64,000 nt of DNA from an uncultured Nitrospiraceae bacterium (GTDB lineage: Bacteria; Nitrospirota; Thermodesulfovibrionia; Thermodesulfovibrionales; Dissulfurispiraceae), in contig CAVPIW010000004.1 of NCBI GenBank assembly GCA_963705105.1, positions 1 through 64,000 of the forward strand, in the 5' to 3' direction. Each line of letters begins with the position of its first letter. Position 1 is the stretch's first letter. The position numbers and the translations under genes were made by a program. Under the pieces are notes generated by a model, which had not been told where the DNA came from, did no database searches, and saw only the letters and a program-made list of their open reading frames with translations. Positions 56,753 through 64,000 of this stretch are shown in pieces.

Positions 56753-58120
56753 TTATTTTTCCGACTGCTGACTGACAATCGTTGCGGGTGATGGCATGCC
56801 TGAGGTCATGAGGTCCCTGATGGTTTTCTCCCCGAAAGTCGTGTCGAGGGCTTTCTCGAACTGATTAAAAAGCCCCTCTATCCCGGCAACGGAAAACGGT
56901 TCTCTTACAAACCGGTCGACCGCTTCTGAGGGCTCTGCCACAGCTCTGACAACCTCGAGCACGGTGATCGTCCCGATATCACGGGCCGGGATGAAACCGT
57001 CATCGTCACCGGCCTTCAGAATGAGGGAATGCCTTGCAAGGGCCGTCACAATGTCCTCGATGAGGCCTGCCGGGAGGCCCAGCCGCGCTTTCAGGGCATT
57101 GACAGTCCACCGCTCTTTGTTCAGGAAATAATGCGAGCCGATCAGGTACATGACAAGGACGGCCTGCTTCTGCCTGAGGGCATCGCTGTGGATCGCAGTT
57201 TCGTCCCTCAGCGCGAGCAATCCCGGGAACTGATGATAGAACGACACCTTTGCGCCGGTGAGCAGGATGAGCCAGTTGAAGTAGAGCCACATCATCAGCA
57301 GGATGACGATGGCGAAGCCCGAGTAGATCGCCGAATAGTGGACCGATGAAGCGACGAAGGAGGCGAAGGCCGCTCCGGCCGCCACCCAGAGGGTCCCTGC
57401 CGAAAGTCCCCCGGCAAGAGCCGAGACAAACCGCACCTTTGTGTTGGGCAGCAGGTAATAGATCATGGTGAAGGAAAGGCTGATCAAAATGAAGGGAGAT
57501 ATTTTCCCGATGAAAATGATCGTCGTTCCCACGATCTGCCTTGACATCAGCTCGTTGACAACGGTGTTGCTCATGAGCGAGGCGCCGACTCCGATTGCAG
57601 CGACAACCAGGACGGGACCGACAAGCAACACGCTCAGGTAATCGCGCATTTTCCTCACAAAGGTCCTCGACGTCCTTATGTGCCACAGATAGTTCAGTGC
57701 GTCCTCTATCTGTTGTACGGTGCTGATCACGGTGTACACGAGCATGAAGAGGCCGATGCTCCCCAGGAGACCCACATTCATCTTGTCCACGTACAGGATG
57801 ATGCTTGACGTTATCTCCGCACCTCTATCGCCGAGAGGCTCGAGGATGCCCGCCAGGACGGGCTCCATCATATTGTGAACGCCCAGTGATTTGAGCAGGG
57901 AGAAGGAGACCGCCAGAAAAGGCACGAGGGTGAGAAGAGTCGTGTAGACAAGTGCCGAGGCGCGCGTCGGGAGCTGGCCGTGCCGGAACTCCGCGGCCAG
58001 CTTATAAACGAATCGCGGGACCGGGACAAGGAAGCGCTTCCATCCGGGGGCATCACGGAGCGGGATCTCCCAGAGTCCCGTTGCCCAAAACTCCTGAACC
58101 TTTGTGACGATTTCCTTCAT
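56753..58120 (-). CDS. YihY/BrkB-family inner membrane protein with a C-terminal HTH-like domain
   Basis: RASALVYTTLLTLVP, IEDALNYLW, LPNTKV, YSAIYSGFA..WLYFNWLILLTGA. Confidence 0.9.
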   Translation of the reverse strand: MKEIVTKVQEFWATGLWEIPLRDAPGWKRFLVPVPRFVYKLAAEFRHGQLPTRASALVYTTLLTLVPFLAVSFSLLKSLGVHNMMEPVLAGILEPLGDRGAEITSSIILYVDKMNVGLLGSIGLFMLVYTVISTVQQIEDALNYLWHIRTSRTFVRKMRDYLSVLLVGPVLVVAAIGVGASLMSNTVVNELMSRQIVGTTIIFIGKISPFILISLSFTMIYYLLPNTKVRFVSALAGGLSAGTLWVAAGAAFASFVASSVHYSAIYSGFAIVILLMMWLYFNWLILLTGAKVSFYHQFPGLLALRDETAIHSDALRQKQAVLVMYLIGSHYFLNKERWTVNALKARLGLPAGLIEDIVTALARHSLILKAGDDDGFIPARDIGTITVLEVVRAVAEPSEAVDRFVREPFSVAGIEGLFNQFEKALDTTFGEKTIRDLMTSGMPSPATIVSQQSEK

Positions 58121-58275
58121 GGCTGTGAGCCTATTATACACCCGTGACTCAGTGTCAGTGTCTGTGTCTGTGTCAGCAAAAGGAGAGGATACATCTGCAG
58201 CCGCAGGCTTTTATCCTGCGTCTTACAAGCGGTTTCAAAAACGGGCAGGAAGGGTGCGCATCAACATCGGGAAAA

Positions 58276-58362
58276 CGGAGAGGGGGGGATTCGAACCCCC
58301 GGTAGAGTCACCCCTACAACGGTTTTCGAGACCGCCGCTTTCAACCGCTCAGCCACCTCTCC
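58276..58362 (-). tRNA. tRNA-Ser(CGA)
   Basis: GGAGAGGTGGCTGAGCGG..loop CTCGAAA..long variable arm..GGTTCGAATCC. Confidence 0.94.
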
Positions 58363-58519
58363 AATAAATCGCGGGTTAAAAAAGAGAGCTTGTTAATAAA
58401 GAGTTATTTTAGCAGAAGAAACCTCTTCTTTCATAGTTAACCTCAGTGTTGCATAGCCCCTCCAAATACGCCTTGACAACGCCGAATGATGAGATATACG
58501 TAGAAATAAAGGTTGATCG

Positions 58520-58692
58520 GGCATTTGGCGTCATGGAGAAGAACGCCGGGAAGTTCTCCGCCACCGGCGGTTGGGGATTCGAGGGGGTCAAAGGCGACAC
58601 GAAGGAACGGGCGGTCACAGATCCTGAGACGGCCTTCTTCGACTGCCATGCGGCGCAGAAGGATAAGGATTAAGTCTTCAGCAGCTATCGGA
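58520..58692 (+). pseudogene. Remnant of a cytochrome P460-family gene (C-terminal part)
   Basis: GVMEK..TGGWGFE..FFDCH (degraded CxxCH)..KDKD*VFSSYR; in-frame stop, no signal peptide. Confidence 0.55.
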
Positions 58693-58831
58693 GGCGAGAC
58701 GAAAAAAAGCAAAAAAGATCAAAAAAAAAGAGAAAATATGTCAAGACAAGGCGAGTTTTTTTTGTTATATTTTTAATTATAACCATTGACAGGAGGTTTT
58801 CATTTATCGAAAGAACACTCCAAAGGAGGGC

Positions 58832-59086
58832 ATGCCATTGGAAGAGATATGCTGGCAAGAAGGAAGTTGCGACAGTGGCATTCAGCTTTCAGACGTGCTC
58901 TACGGGATGTGCGACGGTCGGCGTCTTTTTGTGATAAATCAGATCAACGAGGACGAGTTCTCTCTCTGGAGTTTCCTGCCGGGGAAATGGGGAAAATGGT
59001 CCTGCAGAAGCATAGCTGAAGGCAAAAGCGCAGCTCTGACATTGTTCGCATTGCACAGTGCCAAAGGAGAAACGGTTCACGCGTGA
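58832..59086 (+). CDS. Small hypothetical protein, paralogue 1
   Basis: AAGGAGG RBS; alignable with 59202-59435. Confidence 0.7.
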   Translation: MPLEEICWQEGSCDSGIQLSDVLYGMCDGRRLFVINQINEDEFSLWSFLPGKWGKWSCRSIAEGKSAALTLFALHSAKGETVHA

Positions 59087-59201
59087 ACCCAGCGGTCGTA
59101 TGAATGGCTTCGGACTCTTAAGGAGACGTCTTTATCTCCTGAACCGCCGAGAATGACCTGATCAATCGATCAGCCTGAAAGTCTGGTCGGGGGAGGGCAC
59201 C

Positions 59202-59435
59202 ATGAAAGAGCTACGGTGGGAATATGGCACCTTCGACAGTGGTTTGAAAGAATGGGAAGTGCTGTACGGTGTGCTGGATGACGAGCATGTGTTCATAATC
59301 GACCAGGTAGGAACTCAGTCCTTCGCCCTCTCCTCCTTTCTTCCGAACGCACAAAAGAGGCTGCAATATGGCAGTATACAGGAATGCAAGCAAGCCGCAC
59401 AGGATTTGATAGGAGGGGCAGGAACCGCTTTCTGA
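59202..59435 (+). CDS. Small hypothetical protein, paralogue 2
   Basis: GGAGG RBS; shares W..G..DSG....VLYG..D....F.I.Q....F.L.SFLP with paralogue 1. Confidence 0.75.
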   Translation: MKELRWEYGTFDSGLKEWEVLYGVLDDEHVFIIDQVGTQSFALSSFLPNAQKRLQYGSIQECKQAAQDLIGGAGTAF

Positions 59436-59480
59436 TTCGTTGATTCTACACCGGCGTTCGATGACGCCGGCTTCCCGGAT

Positions 59481-60587
59481 TTAAGTCTTTTTCAGGACGA
59501 CGAGGTTGTCCCTGTGGATCACCTCGTCGGAGTACTTGAACCCGAGGACCGCCTCGATGTCGCCGGACTTCTTCCCCCTGACCTGCTCGACGTCCCGGGA
59601 CGAGTAGTTCACGATCCCCTTTGCGATGCGCTCACCGGCCTGATCGATGCAGTAGACGGCATCTCCGACATCGAAGTTTCCCTCCACACGGACGATGCCC
59701 GAGGGCAGGAGGCTTTTTCCTCCCTTTTCGAGGGCATGGACGGCCCCGGGGTCGATGATGATGTTCCCCTTCGCCTTGACGGCGTAGCTGATCCAGCCCT
59801 TTCTCGACGATATCCTGAGGGATTGGGGAATGAACTCCGTGCCTTCCCGGTTGCCGGCGAGGACCGATGCAAGAAGACCGCGCTCCTTGCCGCTGATGAT
59901 ATGGACCCGCGTCCCGTGCGACACGGCCTTTTTCGCAGCCAGCACCTTCGAGTACATCCCCCCCGTGCCAACAGCGCTGCCTGATCCGCCCGCCATGGCG
60001 ATGAATTCCGGCGTGATCTCCTGCACGACCCTGATCAGTTCCGCGCCGGGATCGGTGCGCGGATCGGCGGTGTACAGTCCCTCCACGTCGGAAAGAATGA
60101 CGAGCCTGTCCGCTTCGATCATCCCGGAGACGAGCGCCGCAAGCTGGTCGTTGTCGCCGAACTTGATCTCCTCCGTCGAGACGGTGTCGTTCTCGTTGAT
60201 GACGGGGATGACATCCCGTTCGATGAGCGTCATGAGCGTGTTCTTGGCGTTGAGATAGCGCATCCTGTCCGAAAAGGCGTCCCTCGTCAGGAGGATCTGG
60301 GCGACCTTCTCGTCCAGACGGCTGAAGCTCCTCTCGTAGGCCCACATGAGCGAGGATTGCCCCACGGCCGCCGCAGCCTGCTTGAGCCTGATCTCCTTCG
60401 GCTTTTCCCTGAGCCCGAGCTTCACCATCCCGGCGGCGACGGCCCCGGACGAGACGATGACGGTCTCGTTCCCCGCCTTCTTTACGTCTGCCACGTCCTG
60501 GGCGATGCCCGCGATGCGTTTTTGATTGAGCCCTCCCGTCCTGTCGGCGAGGATGTTGCTCCCGATTTTAATGACGATTCTGCTCAC
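59481..60587 (-). CDS. proB: Glutamate 5-kinase with PUA domain
   Basis: IVIKIGS, VSSGAVAAG, NENDTV, FGDND, GTGGMYSK, SLLPSG, VIHRDNL. Confidence 0.97.
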   Translation of the reverse strand: MSRIVIKIGSNILADRTGGLNQKRIAGIAQDVADVKKAGNETVIVSSGAVAAGMVKLGLREKPKEIRLKQAAAAVGQSSLMWAYERSFSRLDEKVAQILLTRDAFSDRMRYLNAKNTLMTLIERDVIPVINENDTVSTEEIKFGDNDQLAALVSGMIEADRLVILSDVEGLYTADPRTDPGAELIRVVQEITPEFIAMAGGSGSAVGTGGMYSKVLAAKKAVSHGTRVHIISGKERGLLASVLAGNREGTEFIPQSLRISSRKGWISYAVKAKGNIIIDPGAVHALEKGGKSLLPSGIVRVEGNFDVGDAVYCIDQAGERIAKGIVNYSSRDVEQVRGKKSGDIEAVLGFKYSDEVIHRDNLVVLKKT

Positions 60588-60776
60588 CGGATGTACGTGC
60601 TCCTCAATCAGCCCTTTGTAACATGGCAATTGCGCGGATATTTTACCTTGAGCACACCGGGTATACCACGGCTGCTCATTTACAAAAGTATCTTGTATTG
60701 TAGCACAGCAGGAGAAAGGGACAATCCACGATTGGACAAGGCGTAACAGAAGAAAATATAATTCAGTGAGTCAAAA

Positions 60777-60932
60777 ATGAGCCCAACCATATAGAGAGAG
60801 AAAGGTTATCGTTTCTTATTCTTTTCACGGGAGGAGCCCCATCTGGACCACTATTATTGGCCCGACCTCGATATTGATCTCACCCAGGAAATCATAGAGC
60901 ACCCGGAGAGGTTCCCGCTGAAAGCAAAATAA
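60777..60932 (+). pseudogene. Collapsed DUF4160/DUF2442-type toxin-antitoxin remnant
   Basis: MSPTI*REKGYRFLFFSREEPH fused in frame to HYYWPDLDIDLTQEIIEHPERFPLKAK; TAG at codon 6. Confidence 0.6.
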
Positions 60933-60951
60933 CCTGCGACGGGAGAAAGCG

Positions 60952-62034
60952 ATGACGGAAAACCCTTTATTTGACCCCTATCAGCTTGGGCCGCTCCGGC
61001 TCCCGAATCGGCTGGTCATGGCGCCGATGACGCGGGGCCGCGCGGAATCCGACAAAACGCCGAACAGCTTCATGGCCCTCTATTACAGGCAGCGGGCGAC
61101 GGCGGGTCTCATCGTGACGGAGGCGACGGCCATTTCGCCGCAGGGCTTCGGCTGGGTCGGCGCCCCGGGCATCTATACGGACTCTCATGTGAAGGGATGG
61201 AGAGGGATAACCGGCGAGGTGCATGAGGCGGGCGGCAGGATCTTCCTCCAGCTCTGGCACATGGGAAGGACCTCCCACCCGGACTTCCTCGGCGGAGAAC
61301 TCCCCGTGGGTCCCTCTGCCGTTGTCGCCCGGGGAGCGTCGCACACCCCGCTCGGGAAAAAGCCCTATGTCACACCCCGCGCCCTTGCCATCGATGAGAT
61401 ACGGGAAACGGTCGGGGATTATGCCAAGGCAGCGGCGAGGGCGAGAGATGCGGGCTTCGACGGCGTGGAGATCCATAGCGCAAACGGGTACCTCATCGAC
61501 CAGTTCCTGAGGGACGGGTCGAATCACCGCACCGACGATTACGGAGGCAGCATCCCGAACCGTGCCCGGTTCCTGCTGGAGGTGACGGAGGCGGTCTGTA
61601 ATGCCTGGTCGCCTGACCGCGTCGGCGTGCGGCTCTCACCGACGGGGCCTTACAACGACATGCAGGACAGCGATCCCACCGCAACATTCACCTATGCTGC
61701 AGACGGGCTGAACCGGTTCGGCCTTGCCTATCTGCACCTGATGGAGCCTCTGCCCGGTCACCCGCTGGCCGGGCCGGGCGAGCGCGTTGCGCCGGCGATA
61801 CGACGCGTGTTCAAGGGCACACTCATCATCAACGGCGGGTATAACGCGCAACTGGCCAATGAAGCCATTGTCAAAGACGAAGCTGATCTCGTGGCTTTCG
61901 GCGTTCCCTTCCTTGCCAATCCTGACCTCGTTCTTCGATACCGGAAAGGAGCGTCGCTGAACCCGCCCGATCTCGCCACCTTCTATACGGCCGGTCCGAA
62001 GGGTTACACGGACTACCCTGCGCTCGATAAATAG
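60952..62034 (+). CDS. Old yellow enzyme-family alkene reductase (NemA-like)
   Basis: NRLVMAPMTR, QLWHMGR, GFDGVEIHSANGYLIDQFL, GVRLSP, ANPDL, GYTDYP. Confidence 0.95.
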   Translation: MTENPLFDPYQLGPLRLPNRLVMAPMTRGRAESDKTPNSFMALYYRQRATAGLIVTEATAISPQGFGWVGAPGIYTDSHVKGWRGITGEVHEAGGRIFLQLWHMGRTSHPDFLGGELPVGPSAVVARGASHTPLGKKPYVTPRALAIDEIRETVGDYAKAAARARDAGFDGVEIHSANGYLIDQFLRDGSNHRTDDYGGSIPNRARFLLEVTEAVCNAWSPDRVGVRLSPTGPYNDMQDSDPTATFTYAADGLNRFGLAYLHLMEPLPGHPLAGPGERVAPAIRRVFKGTLIINGGYNAQLANEAIVKDEADLVAFGVPFLANPDLVLRYRKGASLNPPDLATFYTAGPKGYTDYPALDK

Positions 62035-62039
62035 TAACA

Positions 62040-62215
62040 TTGCATGAAAAGGCGAGGCGAATCGCCTCATATCCTTGCTGATAGCGACGCTGACTCCGGG
62101 AAGGCAGATATGGTTCAAAGCCTTTCCAATGCGATGATGAGACATATCATGGTGTTCAGTGCCTGTTGCCTGACGGGCACTTGGTATCGATCGACACGGC
62201 AAAGGGTGGTCTGGT
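62040..62215 (-). mobile_element. MITE-family terminus joined to a different internal repeat
   Basis: TTGCATGAAAAGGCGAGGCGAATCGCCTCATATCCTTGCTGATAGCGACG, then the 56396-type repeat. Confidence 0.55.
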
Positions 62216-62292
62216 GATAAACAAGGTATCTTAGCGGAAAAGCTTTTCACCACATCAGCCTTCCCGTCGTGCGTTTGTCGTCTAATTCCTGT

Positions 62293-63306
62293 CTATTGTC
62301 TACTATCCTTCCTCGTCACCCTGCCCGCAAGGTAGCGCAGGAGTTCCCTCACCCCCTTTTCGGTGACGGCGGAGATGGCGAAGAAATCGAGTCCTTTGTC
62401 CGCGCAGTGATCCCTCAGCATCTTCAGTCGCGCCCCGTCGGGGGCGATGTCCGTTTTTGTGCCGACGACGGCCATCGGTTTCAGCAGGAGCAGGGGGCTG
62501 TAACTCTCCAGCTCCCTGTTGATCGTCTCGAAATCATCGACAGGATTCGTTTCCGGGATATCCGAGACATCGACGAGATGGAGCAGGAGGGACGTCCGCT
62601 CCACGTGCCTGAGGAACCGGATCCCCAGTCCCGCACCGCGGTGGGCCCCCTCGATGAGACCGGGTATGTCGGCGACGACGAAACTCGTGTAGTCTTCAAA
62701 CTTGACGACGCCGAGATTGGGGATTAGTGTGGTAAAGGGGTAATCAGCAATCTTGGGTTTTGCCGTGGAGATGACGGAGATGAGAGTCGATTTGCCCGCG
62801 TTGGGGAGTCCGATCAGCCCCACATCCGCCAGGAGTTTGAGCTCCAGGATGAGCGCCTTCTCCTCTCCGGGCTCACCGGGTTGGGCAAACCGGGGCGCCT
62901 GGCGCGTGGCCGTTGCAAAGTGGGCATTCCCCAGGCCGCCTCTTCCGCCCCTGGCCAAAATGACCTCGGCGCCGTCGTGGTCGAGGTCGGCGACCATCGA
63001 ACCGTTCTCAGCATCCGTCGCGACGGTGCCGACCGGCACGGGGATGACAAGGTCCTCGCCGTTCCTGCCGTGCATGTTCTTGCCCATGCCGTGCTCTCCC
63101 CGTTCTGCCTTGTATTCCCGCTTGTAGCTGAAGTCGAGGAGCGTGTTTAAATCTCTCGTCGCTTTAAGGATGATGTGGCCTCCCCTGCCGCCGTCGCCCC
63201 CGTTGGGACCCCCCCGGGGCACGTACTTCTCCCTGCGGAAGCTCACGCAGCCCCTACCGCCGTCACCGGCCTTCAGCAGAATCTTTGCATAATCGACGAA
63301 TTTCAC
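62293..63306 (-). CDS. obgE: GTPase ObgE/CgtA
   Basis: [43 protein letters not shown]. Confidence 0.98.
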   Translation of the reverse strand: MKFVDYAKILLKAGDGGRGCVSFRREKYVPRGGPNGGDGGRGGHIILKATRDLNTLLDFSYKREYKAERGEHGMGKNMHGRNGEDLVIPVPVGTVATDAENGSMVADLDHDGAEVILARGGRGGLGNAHFATATRQAPRFAQPGEPGEEKALILELKLLADVGLIGLPNAGKSTLISVISTAKPKIADYPFTTLIPNLGVVKFEDYTSFVVADIPGLIEGAHRGAGLGIRFLRHVERTSLLLHLVDVSDIPETNPVDDFETINRELESYSPLLLLKPMAVVGTKTDIAPDGARLKMLRDHCADKGLDFFAISAVTEKGVRELLRYLAGRVTRKDSRQ

Positions 63307-63337
63307 GGGATCACCCTCTCAATGACAGCTTCATATT

Positions 63338-63612
63338 AGCCACAGAGAGCACAGAGGTCACAGAGATACAAAGTTTCATTGTAGGGGCCGTTCCCCGAAC
63401 GGCCCGAAAGATTCCTTCACTGACACAGACACGGCCATGTTCATGTGTTTTCTTTTGCGAACTTTGCGTCTTTGCGCGAGAATAGCTTTTCGCCCTGCTG
63501 TCTTGCCCGCCCTCTGGATTCCCGCTCAACACACTGCGGGAATGGCGGCAATGTTTTGCCGTTCATAATCATGAGTTGTTCGTTCTCTGTGCTCTCTGTG
63601 TTCTCTGTGGCT
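63338..63612. repeat. 9-nt repeat cassette with an internal GTAG-type REP palindrome
   Basis: Same blocks as 49665-49878; GTAGGGGCCGTTCCCCGAACGGCCC at 63381. Confidence 0.78.
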
Positions 63613-63642
63613 GAATGGCCGTTTTCGCCTTTTTTGGAAAAC

Positions 63643-63682
63643 AAAAAAGGCAGTCTGCCGCACAGACCGCCTTTCTTTTTTT
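63643..63682. terminator. Bidirectional intrinsic terminator-like hairpin after rpmA
   Basis: A6-GGCAGTCTG...CAGACCGCC-T-rich. Confidence 0.7.
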
Positions 63683-63703
63683 CCTGCGCCCGGACTGAAC
63701 GAA

Positions 63704-63985
63704 TCAGGCGCTCGCCGTCGCGACGGGCTCCAGGGGCGGATAGACGCTGATCTTCATGCGCCGCCTGCCCTTTCTCTCGAAGGCGACGACGCCGTCGATG
63801 AGGGCGAATATGGTGTAATCCCGCCCGGTGCCGACATTGTTTCCGGGATGGAACTGCGTCCCCCGCTGCCTCACGAGAATGTTGCCGGCCTTAACGAACT
63901 GCCCGCCGTAGCGCTTGACGCCGAGCCGCTTCGACTCGCTGTCGCGACCGTTCCTCGAACTGCCGACGCCCTTTTTATGTGCCAT
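63704..63985 (-). CDS. rpmA: 50S ribosomal protein L27
   Basis: [33 protein letters not shown]. Confidence 0.99.
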   Translation of the reverse strand: MAHKKGVGSSRNGRDSESKRLGVKRYGGQFVKAGNILVRQRGTQFHPGNNVGTGRDYTIFALIDGVVAFERKGRRRMKISVYPPLEPVATASA

Positions 63986-64000
63986 CTCTATCCTCCGATG

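Noticed and set aside
60777..60794. In-frame TAG as pyrrolysine or stop-codon recoding
   Set aside because: TAG terminates intact genes elsewhere in the segment, and this ORF is a fused remnant.

Overview
The window is a composite of three unrelated sources. (1) 1-~8957 is GC-rich eukaryotic DNA with GT-AG introns and long (CT)n tracts, probably green-algal. It holds an 8-exon secreted Lys/Ala/Glu-repeat gene and the 5' part of a coatomer alpha (COPA) gene; scattered single-base frameshifts look like read errors. (2) ~8958-~12387 is a Bacilli-type rRNA operon end: the 3' third of 23S, 5S, 23 complete tRNAs and a truncated tRNA-Gln. (3) ~12388-64000 is a GC-rich bacterium; its gene content fits Nitrospirota/Desulfobacterota, which is inference only. 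Segment 3 carries a 2010-aa MnxG-like multicopper oxidase with a YncE-like propeller partner, an ELWxxDGT-repeat protein and a two-component module. Two upstream regions each contain three TACCTA(T/C/A) boxes at exact 24-bp spacing. Two unrelated secreted proteins share an unnamed ~140-aa C-terminal domain. The rest includes a LIV-type ABC/PaaK locus, pepF, a GH3, several toxin-antitoxin pairs (one followed by a degenerate attC-like site), mutS, PMM/ManC/three GT4s, tRNA-Ser, proB, an old yellow enzyme, obgE and rpmA. Intergenic DNA is rich in MITE-like elements, REP-like palindromes and mosaics of 6/7/9-nt repeats. All product calls come from recognising motifs by eye; no database searches were run.
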